64,000 bases of DNA. Source: Felis catus (taxonomy: Eukaryota). The first letter of the stretch is position 1. Every line of letters begins with the position of its first letter. The notes beneath the pieces were generated by a model. The model did no database searches, was not told the DNA's origin, and saw nothing but the letters and a program-made list of their open reading frames with translations. Location: contig NC_058372.1 in NCBI RefSeq assembly GCF_018350175.1, positions 133,176,001 through 133,240,000 of the forward strand, in the 5' to 3' direction. Shown here piece after piece: positions 11,537-24,059 of this stretch. The position numbers were made by a program, and so were the translations under genes.

Positions 11537-12061
11537 TGTGTTAGTCGGGGTTCTCCAGAGAAACAAGACCAACAGGACATATATGGCTATTTACTCTCAG
11601 GAATTGACTCATGTGATCACGAACGCTAGGAAGTCCCACAATCTGCTGTCTGCAAGCTAGAGCCCCAGGAAGACTGTGGTGTAATTGAGCCCCAGTCTGA
11701 AGTCCTGAGAACCAGGGAAGCCAATGGTGTGAATTCTAGTCCCGAGAACAGAACAGGAGATGGTGAGACGAGATGTCACAGCTTAATCAGCAAAGTAGAA
11801 AAAAAAAAAAAAAAAAAAGCTGAGGGGAAGGGTGGGAAGGATGTATGTGTGAATTTCTCCTTCCTCTGCTATTTATTCTTTTCATCCTCAACAGATAGGA
11901 TGATGCTCCCTCACATCAGGGAGGGCAATCTGCTTTATGGAGTCTACTGAATCAAATGTTCCTCTCATCCAGAAGCACCCTCACTGACACATCTAGAACT
12001 AATGCTTGATCTGGGCACCCCAGATGGCCAGTCAAGTCGACACATAAAATTAATCAGGACA
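11537..12061 (-). mobile_element. MLT2-family (ERVL) solo LTR
   Basis: tgtgttagtcggggttctccagagaaaca...ggaattgactcatgtgat...gtcaagtcgacacataaaattaatcaggaca. 5-bp TSD aacgc/aatac (CpG decay). Confidence 0.9.
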
Positions 12062-12704
12062 AATACCAAGAGGCAAAATTCATATTCCAGTAGATAGTAT
12101 AAACCAAAGAAAGTGGATAATAGAATCTGGTCTTCCTAATCCCTCTCGAATTTGAAGAGTTTTCCTCCATAATGGCATAAATAAGAAAATCACTTTCAGC
12201 TCTAGAATTTTGGCCACATGTCTCCTTCCTGCAACTGTTTTTTTCTAAAGAAAATAATATTTAGGGACCGTATCACAGAAATAATTTATAAAGCCACTCT
12301 GGTCATACTCCTAAGAGACGAGGTGCACCGGTGAATGAGTCAGTCTAAGGATACCAGAATCAGATGGAAATGCATGGCCATCATACTATGCTATGAGCTT
12401 TATAGCCTAATTCATTTCTTATCATCATTTTCTCACAACATAATAACATATGTTTACTTTTTAATTATTTGGCAGAATAGGTTCTTTGTTGAAGGTACAA
12501 TATAGAAGGCCAAATTGTCAAATCTGCCATAAGCAATGAGTCACTGATTTCTTGGGGTAGTTCTTAAGGATAAAACCTGGAGCTTCTATTTGGAGGATGG
12601 GGTGCTGGCCACTTGTGTCATTGCTTTTCTTCAACCTACTGATAGACTTGACCTTGACCAGAGAGTAAATTTAGTACCAGCTCTGTGTTGAGAGATTATG
12701 TATA

Positions 12705-12906
12705 GGGGCATCTGGGTGGCTCAGTCAGTTGAGCATCCAACTCTTGATTGTGGTTCAGGTCATGGATTAAGCCCCCCCATGGGCTATGCACTAAGCATAG
12801 AGCCTGCTTGGGATTCTCTCTCTCTCCCTCTGCCCCTCTCCCCTGCTCACACTCTCTCACTTGCTCTCTCTCTCTCTCTCTCTAAAATATAAAAAAATAA
12901 ATAAAT
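12705..12906 (+). mobile_element. CanSINE
   Basis: Head, CT tract and A-tail. TSD agattatgta/agattctgta. Confidence 0.92.
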
Positions 12907-13174
12907 AGATTCTGTAGAATTTTGTGGTCTGTTAAATCTGAGTTCCAATATTGCTTTGTAATTTCTATCATTGACCACAAAAGGAAAACCATCCTTAGTA
13001 TATGGTGACAGGTTTGTTTTGTTATACCTACAGCTGATTATAGATGTAAGAAATATAGACTCTGAGGTGTCCCAGGGAAAATTTCCATTGGTGAAAATTT
13101 GATTGCCAGCCTTCATGGGGGAAAAGAAAAATCATGGGCAGAACAGACACAAATTTCAGAGAGTCAAGATTTTA

Positions 13175-13394
13175 CTTATTTAATTTTTCTTTTTAACGTT
13201 TATTTATTTTTGAGACAGAGACAGAGCATGAACAGGGGAGGGGCAGAGAGAGAGGGAGACACAGAATCTGAAACAGGCTCCAGGCTCTGAGCTGTCAGCA
13301 CAGAGCCCGACGCGGGACTCGAACTCATGGACCGTGAGATCATGACCTGAGCTGAAGTCGGACGCTTAACCGACCAAGCCACCCAGGCGCCCCC
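13175..13394 (-). mobile_element. CanSINE, felid SINEC_Fc-like (young)
   Basis: Near-consensus sequence. Perfect TSD agagagtcaagatttta. Confidence 0.96.
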
Positions 13395-13573
13395 AGAGAG
13401 TCAAGATTTTATGTCTCCTTTGAAGATAGAGGGAAAAGGTTATTATTGGAAATTAATTTGAAATGGATACTGTGTTCGTAATGAAAGCTATGTGCCAGAA
13501 CTCAGAATGTTTAGTGCCTTTTCAGTCGTCTAGCAATCAACAGAATGGAGATTTCCTAGAAATTTGAATGTAA

Positions 13574-13802
13574 TTTTTTTTTTTTAATTTTGAGATAGAG
13601 AGAGAGTGGGGAAAGGGCAAAGGGAGAAAGAGAAAGAGAGAGAGAGAGAGAGAGAGTATTCCAAGCAGGCTTCATGCTCGGCACGTAGCCCCACACGGGG
13701 CTCGATCCCACAAAATGAGGCTCAGTCCCATAACCCTGGGATCATGACCCGAGCCAAAATCAAGAGTCAAAGTCTCAACTGACTGGGCCACCCAGGAGCC
13801 CC
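13574..13802 (-). mobile_element. CanSINE with an internal ~20-bp duplication
   Basis: Antisense structure. TSD tgaatgtaattttt/tgactgtaattttt. Confidence 0.92.
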
Positions 13803-14061
13803 TGACTGTAATTTTTAAAAATGTATATACATGGAGCTCTATTTTTCCAATTTGTCTTCACTCTAAAACTTGCAAAGAGTAACTCAAGTTTGAAAACAAA
13901 TACATTAAAGCTTCCTAAATGACAAAGTCACATTTGCAAATGAAGCCAGGTCATTAAATGTATACATGCACTTTGAAACAATAGAAGTTGTAGGATGCGA
14001 TTAAACATTTTTGAAAGAAGGGGGGAGAGAAGAATGTTATTATTTTCATAGGTTTTGCTAG

Positions 14062-14363
14062 NNNNNNNNNNNNNNNNNNNNNNNNNNNNNNNNNNNNNNN
14101 NNNNNNNNNNNNNNNNNNNNNNNNNNNNNNNNNNNNNNNNNNNNNNNNNNNNNNNNNNNNNNNNNNNNNNNNNNNNNNNNNNNNNNNNNNNNNNNNNNNN
14201 NNNNNNNNNNNNNNNNNNNNNNNNNNNNNNNNNNNNNNNNNNNNNNNNNNNNNNNNNNNNNNNNNNNNNNNNNNNNNNNNNNNNNNNNNNNNNNNNNNNN
14301 NNNNNNNNNNNNNNNNNNNNNNNNNNNNNNNNNNNNNNNNNNNNNNNNNNNNNNNNNNNNNNN
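14062..14363. other. Assembly gap (N-run)
   Basis: N characters. Confidence 1.
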
Positions 14364-16895
14364 TTCCCCACTAACACTATAACTTCAGTTGTTCTGGGTT
14401 GCAGCCTAACATCCAAAACTATCTGTTTACTGGCTACCCCGGGTGGATCCATATATTAAATTAATCACTTCTTTGTTGTTGAACTTATACGTAGGCATGA
14501 CCAAACCTCTTAAAACACACATTTAAACATGAGTCCATCATCACTGGAAAATGCGCTGTATTTACTAAATAACAAAATAAATACGCTGCGGCGCAGATCG
14601 GGCCATAAGCACACTCCCATCAGGTGGTTTAGCGCCAGCAAGCTTCTTGCTTCCCAGTCCCATGACGCCTACGATTCTTGCCCGATGGATTTGAAGTGCA
14701 CTTTCTTCGGTCAGGCTTTGTGATCAGCTGGGGAGTACAGAGGGACGCGTTTCCGGTCTTCACACATTTTCAACATTTTTGTTTCTCTTCCCTTCTTGAA
14801 ATTCTACCACAGTGCCCCGTCCCCTTTGCCCTTCCCATACATTGTCCTTCTCTACCACGGAACAGCATACTAAATGCCTGTTGTCCGAAACATATATTTT
14901 TGTAATGTGTGAAACTCTGAAGGAAATTTGGCATCAACTTTCCCGCCATACATATGCATTGCTCTTGTGGAACGTGAAAAGTGGAGCCCATGTCGACGAG
15001 GCAGCTGGACGCTCTTTTGCTGCTGGCCCAGTCCCACAACCGTGTGAGAGGATTTAAAATTATGTGCCAGTCAGCTTAAAGGCAATAGACAGTTTCTACT
15101 GTGAGTTAAAAGCTTTTTATTGCCACCTTTCCCAAATATCTTCTGGAAGGCACAGTTTCTGCAGAGAACAGGTTTGGGAATCACTCAATACGATCTTCAT
15201 CTCATGGAGATCTGAGTTGGGAGAGGTCCTACAGCCAAAAAAAAAAAAAAAAGGCCTTTTTCATTTGGTTTATCCCAGCATTTACCAGATTTATTTCACT
15301 CTGGACTTCGGTTTTCATGTCAATACCTGTTACTTCATTCACTGGGGAACTAGTATACCCGAAACCTACAGCAGAGGACATCGGTGTGGATAAAATGCCC
15401 TATTTTGAGTTGACATATTTAGAAAATGGCACCTTCATTGTCATCCCTTCATTTATCTTCCACAGTATTAAATACCTACTGTTTACAAGGCCCTGGATTT
15501 CATTTGACCTTCTTCTGCCACCTCAACCTTGATGGACTCTCCAGTCAGGGAAGCACTAATGTAAGAAAAATGCCGTGACAACCCTACGGTCACCTTTGAC
15601 CATGTGATTTGTCACTGGAAAGGAGAGATGGGAATTGTCTAGCAACAATGCCTCCCATTATGGCAGTGCCCTACAAGAAGGCTGTAGAGGGAGTCCTCCC
15701 CACTCACCTTCAGGGACTCTTATCTGGCAATGCCCAGAATTTCCTTCTCTTTGGAAGAGTTTTAGATTATGAATCACGAAGAGAAGGATTTTCCTCTCCT
15801 TTCAGCCATCCCCAAGTGGAGCACCAGCTGCTGGGTTATAGACCTAGCGTTCCTTTCAACACAGGAGATTAAAGGGTATGTGGCAAGAGGATCTATTTCA
15901 AAGAGCTGGTGGAAGATGATCAATGATCTAGGAAATCAGAGTTGAGGAAGGAGCGTCGGTGCCTTAAAATGTTCCCTAGAGCTCTGACCCCATGAGAGTT
16001 TTAACTAAATGGCTACTTAGTTTATTGGATTTACCCGTAGCGCGTATTTAAATGGAATGGAGGAAGGAAAGAACCACTAAGCTACATGACAGAAAAATGA
16101 CAAAAAGCTTTCGGAGGTCAGGGAACACAGCACGATCACTTTAGACCAGTGGGAAAATGAAATTCTTCTCAGGACCTTGTAGACCTAGTCGTACCATCGA
16201 TTCTAAAGTGGATATAGTGCCTCAGAGTGCGTATGTTTCGTACTAAGTGACCGTGGGCTGAATTATAAGAGCTTTGGGCATTCACTTGACGCCTTAGCGA
16301 ATGAGTTACATGAAACGTTAATATCATTAATACCAGAGGAATTATTTATTTATTACTATCATCACATATTACAAAGCAGAGTTTCCAAACTCCTTCACAA
16401 AAGCGAGCAAACAGAAACTTATTTCAGTGCTTCTCTGGAACCTAAGAACAGCCCCAAAACACTGATCTGAAAGGAAAAGGTATCTACTCACCAAATTAAA
16501 TTTACGTCCCCAAATTCTTTCTGTTCATTTGTTAACCAATCTCATTCTCTCTATAGAATCTTACATAGAAGGAAGTTGTATTTGAATTTTCATTAGCAAC
16601 CTGATAGACATGAAGGGGCATGTATCTCTTGATGAATTTGAGAAACAAATGGGATATTTTCCTGGGTCAACTTACACGTTTGACTATGAGTTGAAAACAT
16701 CTATTCATATGTAATGTGCTAAATTCCAAAATAATTTGATGAGGGGGCATTTTCAGCGTTTGGAGATATGCTAGGAAGCCTTAAGTTGGAGAAGGTAACA
16801 AAAAATCTCTGAGGTGTGTGTATGTGTATGAATGGATGGATAGACACAACCTTTTCTATAGTGTATGTGGTGTATGTGTGGATGTGTAGACATAC

Positions 16896-17300
16896 TGTGT
16901 TAGTTGGCTGGCACTGGGTTAACAAAATGTCACAGACGAGGTGGCTTCAACTGCAGCCATTTATTTTCTCACAGTTCTGGAGGCTGTGGTTGAAGATAAA
17001 CATGTCAGGAGGTTTGGTTTGTTGCTGGCACCTTTCCTTGGTTTGACGACAGCCTCCTTCTTTCTGGGTGCTCCTGTGGCCTTTCCTCTGGACACCCTCA
17101 TACTGGTGTCTCTTTTGGTGCCCAAGTCTTCTCTTCTCCTATGGACACCAGTCAGATTGGATTATGGCGCCCCCTAATGGCCCTCATTTTAATTTCATCA
17201 CATCTTCTAGGACCTGTCTCCAAACACCCCTCACATTCCGAGGTACCAGGGATTAGGGCTTCAACATAAAAAGTGGGGGGGCATAGTTCAGGCCATAACA
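16896..17300 (-). mobile_element. MLT1-family (MaLR) solo LTR
   Basis: tgtgttagtt...atttattttctcacagttctggaggctg...cacattccgaggtaccagggattagggcttcaacat...ccataaca. TSD catac/cttac. Confidence 0.9.
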
Positions 17301-17799
17301 CTTACTATGTGGAGAAATGCATAACTGGGGTTAAAACGTATTTTTCCTGAACTCAAACACAGTTAATTAATAAGTGGAGGGGGCTACCATGAACATAATT
17401 TCAAAGAAATTGTTGCTTTGAGATGGGGCAGATGAGAAGAAATTCTAATGAGCATATTGATTAGCATTATAGCATTTGGTTTTCTGATGGATCCTTTTTA
17501 AGAGACTAAAGTATCATATAGAAATATTAATTTTTCACACACCAAAAAATCACATTTACATTTCTTAATAATTTTATAAATAGTTTTCTTAGATTTATTC
17601 AGCCATGATACAGCCATAGGTTCTAGAGTTGATAAATCTTAAGGGATTTTAAAATTCTGTGGTTCCAGAAAAGACCTGGGCGTGGGAGGGATACTGAGCA
17701 GTTGGGATTCTAAGCCGGTTTCTTGCCTTTGCTTTTATAAGAGCAGATCCGCTCTTATCTATTTTAATACATCAAAGGTCCACACAAGATCAGCGTCTA

Positions 17800-17945
17800 C
17801 TGCTTTGAAATATTAAAGAGAACTTTGGATGTGGTAGTGTGTTCCCATTGTACAGTCAGTACACTGAGGCCCAGACAGGTGGTGATCTGTCCAGGGTTAC
17901 ACGGTGAGGTTTTCTGATTCCCAGATCGATCTTCTTCTAACTGCA
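17800..17945 (-). mobile_element. MIR fragment
   Basis: cccattgtacag..acactgaggcccagacagg..tctgtccagggttacac is the antisense MIR core. Confidence 0.6.
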
Positions 17946-18448
17946 CCATTTCACTCAAATATAGTTTGATGTATCCTTGTGCCACTCAAGTAAATGGGAT
18001 TTTACTTTGGTTTTGCTTGATGATGTAAAAGTCAAGGTTGAAATTATAACTTTATTCGTTTGGAATATTGACAGAAAGCCAGGATAGGATTAGGTCTTCT
18101 GATTTGTCATCCCTGGGTGACAGTATCTTTTTATTTTTCAATTAATATCATTTTAAGCTCTTTTATTGGTTCTAGGTTATCCAGAATTGAAGTTTTGCTT
18201 CTCCATTGGCAATTTTTCAAGTAGGTTAAGATCGAACTTAGATTCTGAAAATCGCTCTGATGGCAGTCCATTCTGTAACTCACCAGAGCACATGTCTGCT
18301 TTGTTCAGCAGTTTTTGAGACTTGTATAGCTATATTCTCTGGCTCTAGAACTGGTATTTTTATACTGTGTGCATATGGGGCACAATAAAACCTACATGAT
18401 GAATGAGATATGTTTGAACAAGTGCATTTTCATTAAAATAGCACCCCT

Positions 18449-18557
18449 GGGGTGCTTAGGTGGCTCAGTCCATTGAGTTTCCAACTCTTGGTTTTGGCTC
18501 AAGTCATGATCTCACAACTTGTGAGACTGAGCCCTGCATCGGGCTCTGTGCTCACAG
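18449..18557 (+). mobile_element. CanSINE (3' part lost in gap)
   Basis: Head and body run into the N-run. Confidence 0.9.
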
Positions 18558-18704
18558 NNNNNNNNNNNNNNNNNNNNNNNNNNNNNNNNNNNNNNNNNNN
18601 NNNNNNNNNNNNNNNNNNNNNNNNNNNNNNNNNNNNNNNNNNNNNNNNNNNNNNNNNNNNNNNNNNNNNNNNNNNNNNNNNNNNNNNNNNNNNNNNNNNN
18701 NNNN
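18558..18704. other. Assembly gap (N-run)
   Basis: N characters. Confidence 1.
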
Positions 18705-19099
18705 GAAAGTAACACATATTTTAGAACAATATCTGTTTTAATTAAATGTTCCCAGAGCATCAAGAGAAATGAAATTTTCCTTTCCTTCTCCTAGCCTACT
18801 ACACTTTCTTCCCACTTTCCCATTTGAATACCTCCTTTACTTCTTTCTAAAGAATTCTCCCAAGCCTTACCCTCTAACACTGAACTCAGAATGTCTATCT
18901 TTTTTTCCTTGCCCTAGATGGCTTGAAAACCCCCAAACAGAGAGTATTTTATTGAAGGCAGTCATTCATTTAGCCAATAATTTTTGAGATTTACACTTTG
19001 CTGGGCATCCACCAAATGGCTGGGAACCCTGTTTTATTTATCAGTAGTAATTAGAAATCAAAGTATCTCAAACAAGGGAAATAAAATTGACTTTTTAAA

Positions 19100-19255
19100 A
19101 AGGGGGTATAGATAGATGAAACAAGATTGGCAAAATGTTGATTGTTGAAGCTCAGTGATAAATTAAGGAGATTTGTTGTATAATGAATCATTTATTAAAT
19201 CATGACTCTTTCAACTTTGTGCAAGTTTGAAAACTTCCTAAATAAAACATTTAAA
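19100..19255 (+). mobile_element. Old L1 (L1MC/L1ME) extreme 3' end
   Basis: atagatgaaacaagattggcaaaatgttgattgttgaagct...gtttgaaaacttcctaaataaaa. Confidence 0.7.
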
Positions 19256-19322
19256 ACCGTATTTAGTTGGTATAAAGGCTAGGTAGGTCCAAGACCAGAA
19301 AACCAGCAATGATATTTAAAAG

Positions 19323-19468
19323 NNNNNNNNNNNNNNNNNNNNNNNNNNNNNNNNNNNNNNNNNNNNNNNNNNNNNNNNNNNNNNNNNNNNNNNNNNNNNN
19401 NNNNNNNNNNNNNNNNNNNNNNNNNNNNNNNNNNNNNNNNNNNNNNNNNNNNNNNNNNNNNNNNNNNN
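19323..19468. other. Assembly gap (N-run)
   Basis: N characters. Confidence 1.
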
Positions 19469-21611
19469 AAAAGTTAGAGCCCCAACAGATGTTAGAGGAC
19501 ACTCACTAACCAGCTCCTATGGTGAGGCGAAGCTAGTGGCTTGTCACAGAATGAGGCTACAGTGGTGACCATATGTCATTTCTAGTGCTAAGTGTGTATT
19601 TATGAGTCAGATAACTGTTCCATACTTTACATTTAGTTCTCTTCAAAGCATATGTTACTTCTTTTCCCTGGGCCTTTTTGAATCTCCCGAAACTCAACGG
19701 ATCTGTTTTGCTCACCGTTTCAGCCCCGATAACTAGACCAATAAGGGGTTCATGTCAGGTACTTAAAAATAACTTTGAATAAATGTTTTCATGTCACTAT
19801 TTAAAGGTTCTTGTTCCCATTTTTTTTTCTGGAGAGGATCTCAAACCAGTGACCCTGATGATACCTGTATGTGTGATTCTGGAATCCCATCTGGGTAGGC
19901 AGGTGTGTGGGCACCCAGAGAGAATATACCACAGTTATGTCTGGATGTGTTCCTTGCGTCTAAACATAAATTGATCTTTTTCTCATCACTTCTTTTTTGT
20001 GTTTGTTTTTGGACAGACAATATGACAATGCTGAATCACAGTGTCCACATGTTTGATTTTTGACATCAAGCCAGAGATTTCCTCTGTGCAAACTGAGCAA
20101 CACCAATCCCTTTACATGAGGTTTGTGAGAACGTCCAGTTGTTGGCATCATTCTTTGATGAGTTTATTATTACTGGGCAGGGAGCCTCATAGGATGTTCT
20201 AACCTGGAACTTGAATTAAATGACATTTTTATGGTTGTTTAAGAGACTCTTACAAGTCAGTCTGTAGGATTTATGGAATACTGACTATGCAGAGGACCAT
20301 CCAGTGTTCTGAGTGCCTACAAAGAAAAAGAGAAATGGTCCTTATGTATCTAGAATTTACCATCTAGTTTGGAATTTTAAACCTATCTAGTATAAATCAA
20401 AATTATGCCCTCTCCTTGGGTATTGTTTTCCTATGTTAATTCAAACTGTGATTAAAATAGGTTGATAACTCGTTTATAGCCATCTTTATAGAATTTTCAT
20501 TGTCGTTACGGCTTGGAAATAGCAATTTAATTAGGGACTTAAAGTCATGCATTTCATTGTGATAAATGTCTTGTGAATATTTAGACTATTAGCAAAAGTG
20601 AAATTTTTTGGCTTTCCCTTAACTTACGTAATATTCTTCTTTTCTGGAATCAATTTCAGATTTCAAACTCTTATTCCAGATGAAAATAGTGTCAATGATA
20701 TGCTTTATTTTAAGGCTAGTTCTAACACCACCACCACCCCTAAAAAACAACCATGTCGTAAAAGTTTACTGTTACCTTTTTTTTCCTTAGAAATCACTAA
20801 TAATAGAAAACTTTACAGAGACACCAATCTCTTTGCTTTTTGCTTAGTGGTTTAATTGATATATAACTAGACACAGACACATAGATACGTAAATATATGC
20901 ATGCATCTGTGTGAATTTTGAGAAAGACGCTTCAAAAAATCCACCTATTATGCAATTATATGATTTTCATATATTTCTTTTATACGAATGTACACTGTTC
21001 TAGGGCTTATTTTTATCACGTTATTCCAACTGCTTCACTAAAAGGATTTCTGACCAGTGGGTAATATTTCAGCGGAACTGGTATCAGCCAAAACCTCAGC
21101 CATTTTAGTTAGGCTTTCCAGGAGAGGAGTGAAAACATGGATCACAAATTTAGTAACAAGGCCTGTGTCCCTGACTTTGGCTCTACCAAAAGCTGCAGAA
21201 ACCCCAGGTCTACTTAGTGTACACACACATGCATGTGTGTGTGTGCAATATCCAGAGTCACCATAACCATATGATGCTCACATGTGCTTATACACAGACC
21301 TCTTTGCAACCAACCCTCTACTTTCTTTCTACTTTTTAATTATTTTCTTTGTCTGTTGCTGAGCCCCTAATACCCTAAAGGTGTTTCTGAGTTGCTCTAG
21401 GCCTGGGAAACCACTCAGCCATTGCTGAAGCCCTGGGTGGGGCCTCCTGGGCTATTTGGCTCTGACTTCTGTCAGCAGAATGGCCTATCCACTCCTTTGA
21501 CCAGATGTAGTCTTGTCCCTCCCACTCAGCTACACACTGTGTCTGCCCCCCGTCCAAGCCACGTTCAACCATCATCATCTCAAATCACCCTATATCTCCC
21601 ACCTCCCATTA

Positions 21612-21612
21612 A

Positions 21613-21687
<75 letters not shown>
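21612..21687. repeat. (AAAG)19 tetranucleotide microsatellite
   Basis: Uninterrupted run, read directly. Confidence 0.97.
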
Positions 21688-21688
<1 letters not shown>

Positions 21689-22324
21689 AGCAAAACCGGA
21701 AAACAGGACTGCAGTCAATAATGGAGAGACTTCAGAGTTCCTAATATCTTACTAAAGGTTTAAAAAAAAATTTTTGATTTTTACTTGCTATGATATTTTA
21801 GATCTGTCACCTTGAGACTCGTGCATGAATTCTGGAGGAGCTGAGCCCACAGTTTCATGAAAATGCATCCTTTCCTTTGATGTCATATTATCACACAAGT
21901 TCACGTGCTGTCCGTGAATGTTCTTCCTCACCCTCTAGGCCCATCTAGGGCAATGGCCCCAAACACAAGAGTGGGGGCCTCGCTGGCAAGTAATGACAGA
22001 CACAGCTCTGTACAGCCAGCACTGCCCAACAAAAAACTTCTTAGCCCAGCCCCAGATCCCCACTGGTTTCACACGCCAGCCAGTCTGTGAGCCGCAGAAG
22101 GGGAAATATTTTATTTAATGCAAGTGCAGTTCAGATGAGGTTAACCATTGTCCTCTTTCCACCTTGCTCAAAACTCCCAACAGGCTTTCAAGTTGAGGAC
22201 TAGTTGACAATTTTATCAAAAAACTGGCTACCTTGAATCTGAACTTTTTTTTTTTTTAATTCCAAATTTCCTTGAGGAAAACTCTGCCATTAAGTTTCTC
22301 TGAATAAAAAATTATAGTTCCTTT

Positions 22325-22500
22325 GGGGTGCCCGGGTGGCTTAGTCGGTTGAACGTCTGACTCTTAATTTCGGTACTGGTCATGATCCCATGATCAAGCC
22401 CCATGCTGAGCATAGAGCGTGCTTAAGATTCTCTCTCTGCCCCTCTCCTGTTCACTCTCTCTTTCTCTCTCTCTCAAATAAAATAAAAAATAAAATTTAA
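22325..22500 (+). mobile_element. CanSINE (internally shortened)
   Basis: TSD aaaaattatagtt/aaaaattgtagtt. Confidence 0.92.
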
Positions 22501-23352
22501 AAAATTGTAGTTACTTTATAAGATAAATATTAACCCAATCACACTGACAACGCATTTGCTTTTGAAACACTAAACACAAACCTTTTGTACATTTAACATG
22601 CTGTTCCCTTGAAGTTTTCAGTTTAGCTGGTTATGGGAAATTTTTTTTTTCTTTTAATAAATCTAGAAGTTTTCATCATAGAAAACACAGTTCCCTCCTG
22701 ATCCTATTTATGAGAAAGTCACTGGCTTGGACATGTTCATGTCCCTTGAGAGGACATTTCTGCAGAAGTGGGAAGACTTTTTCAAGAAACAAATCTGGTC
22801 TAAATTTGTTACATTTGTTTTCATATTGTTTCAACTTCAGTAGGAAAGATCTAGGTAGAAGAAATGTTTGTTTCCTGGATAATTTCTGGATTTATGGCTA
22901 AAATGAGTCTCTAAGAAATAATCTATCTGGACTTTTTTAATGTATGTTTAATTAGTTTTAAAGCAAAAAAACAAATTTTTTTGAGAAATAAAATACAGAT
23001 TTTTGTAAAGCCCTAAATTTCATGGGAGGAGACACTACTGCATAGATTGCCGTTGATAGATGGACTATGAAATATATAAGTACTATAGAGACAGCCATGA
23101 CTATTGACAAGTCTTACCGGGTGTGATTTATATTTTTGTTAAATCCAAATAAGAAACGCCTTGCTATCCACAGAAGCAGTGTCCCTTGCCAAAGCTCTGT
23201 TCCTATATATCTCCTTAGTCTCTCAATGTGAATTCTTGCCCAAGGGACTTTTCAGTCTCTCACGAAAGTGACACTTTGGTCACCACACAGGCATATTTAG
23301 GCACAACTGAATCATAGTCTGAACACAACTCTCATTCATACGGAGCCCCTGC

Positions 23353-23409
23353 TATATATATTATATATTATTATTCATATGTATTATATATTTTATATAT
23401 ATATATTTA

Positions 23410-23453
<44 letters not shown>
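23353..23453. repeat. (TA)n / AT-rich microsatellite
   Basis: Read directly. Confidence 0.95.
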
Positions 23454-23456
<3 letters not shown>

Positions 23457-23650
23457 ATACAGATCATCCTGTCACCATAGACAGTTGAAATATTTGCCAG
23501 ATGGTTAAGGGCGGAAGACCTAAGCTATTAAAGAGTATTGGTAATAGTGTGCGGCCAGCTTTGCTATTTCTCTGCAACTAACCATCTTTATAGGCTTCTT
23601 TTTGGTGTCTTCAGTTATATCTAAGTGGAAGTTAAATACGAGCCCTTTCT

Positions 23651-23800
23651 TTGTGGGTTTGAGCCTCACGTCGGGCTCTGTGCTGACAGCTCAGAGCCTG
23701 GAGCCTGCTTTGGATTCTGTCTCCTTCTCTCTCTGCCCCTCCCCACTTGTGCTCTGTCTCTCTGTCTCTCAAAAATAAATAAATGTAAAAAATAAAATAA
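23651..23800 (+). mobile_element. 5'-truncated CanSINE
   Basis: Starts at the B-box region (tgtgggtttgagcctcacg). TSD aaatacgagccctttc/aaataagagccctttc. Confidence 0.93.
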
Positions 23801-23857
23801 AATAAGAGCCCTTTCCTCTGAGACATTATTTCTTATTCCTATCATAATTCATAATCC

Positions 23858-24059
23858 TTTTTTTAATGTTTATTTATTTTTGAGAGAGAGAACGCGAGCC
23901 GGGGAAGGGCAGAGAGAGGGGGAGACACAGAATCTGAAGCAGGCTCCAGCCTCCAAGCTGTCAGCCGAGTCCGACATGGGGCTCGAACTCACGGAGCTGT
24001 GAGATCATGACCTGAACGAAAGTCGGGCACTTAACCAACTGAGCTACCCAGGCACCCCC
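23858..24059 (-). mobile_element. CanSINE
   Basis: Antisense structure. TSD attcataatccttt/attcataaccttt. Confidence 0.93.

Noticed and set aside
20017-20120. Plus-strand AG...GT candidate exon after a T-rich tract
   Set aside because: Stop codons occur in all three frames and the donor is weak.
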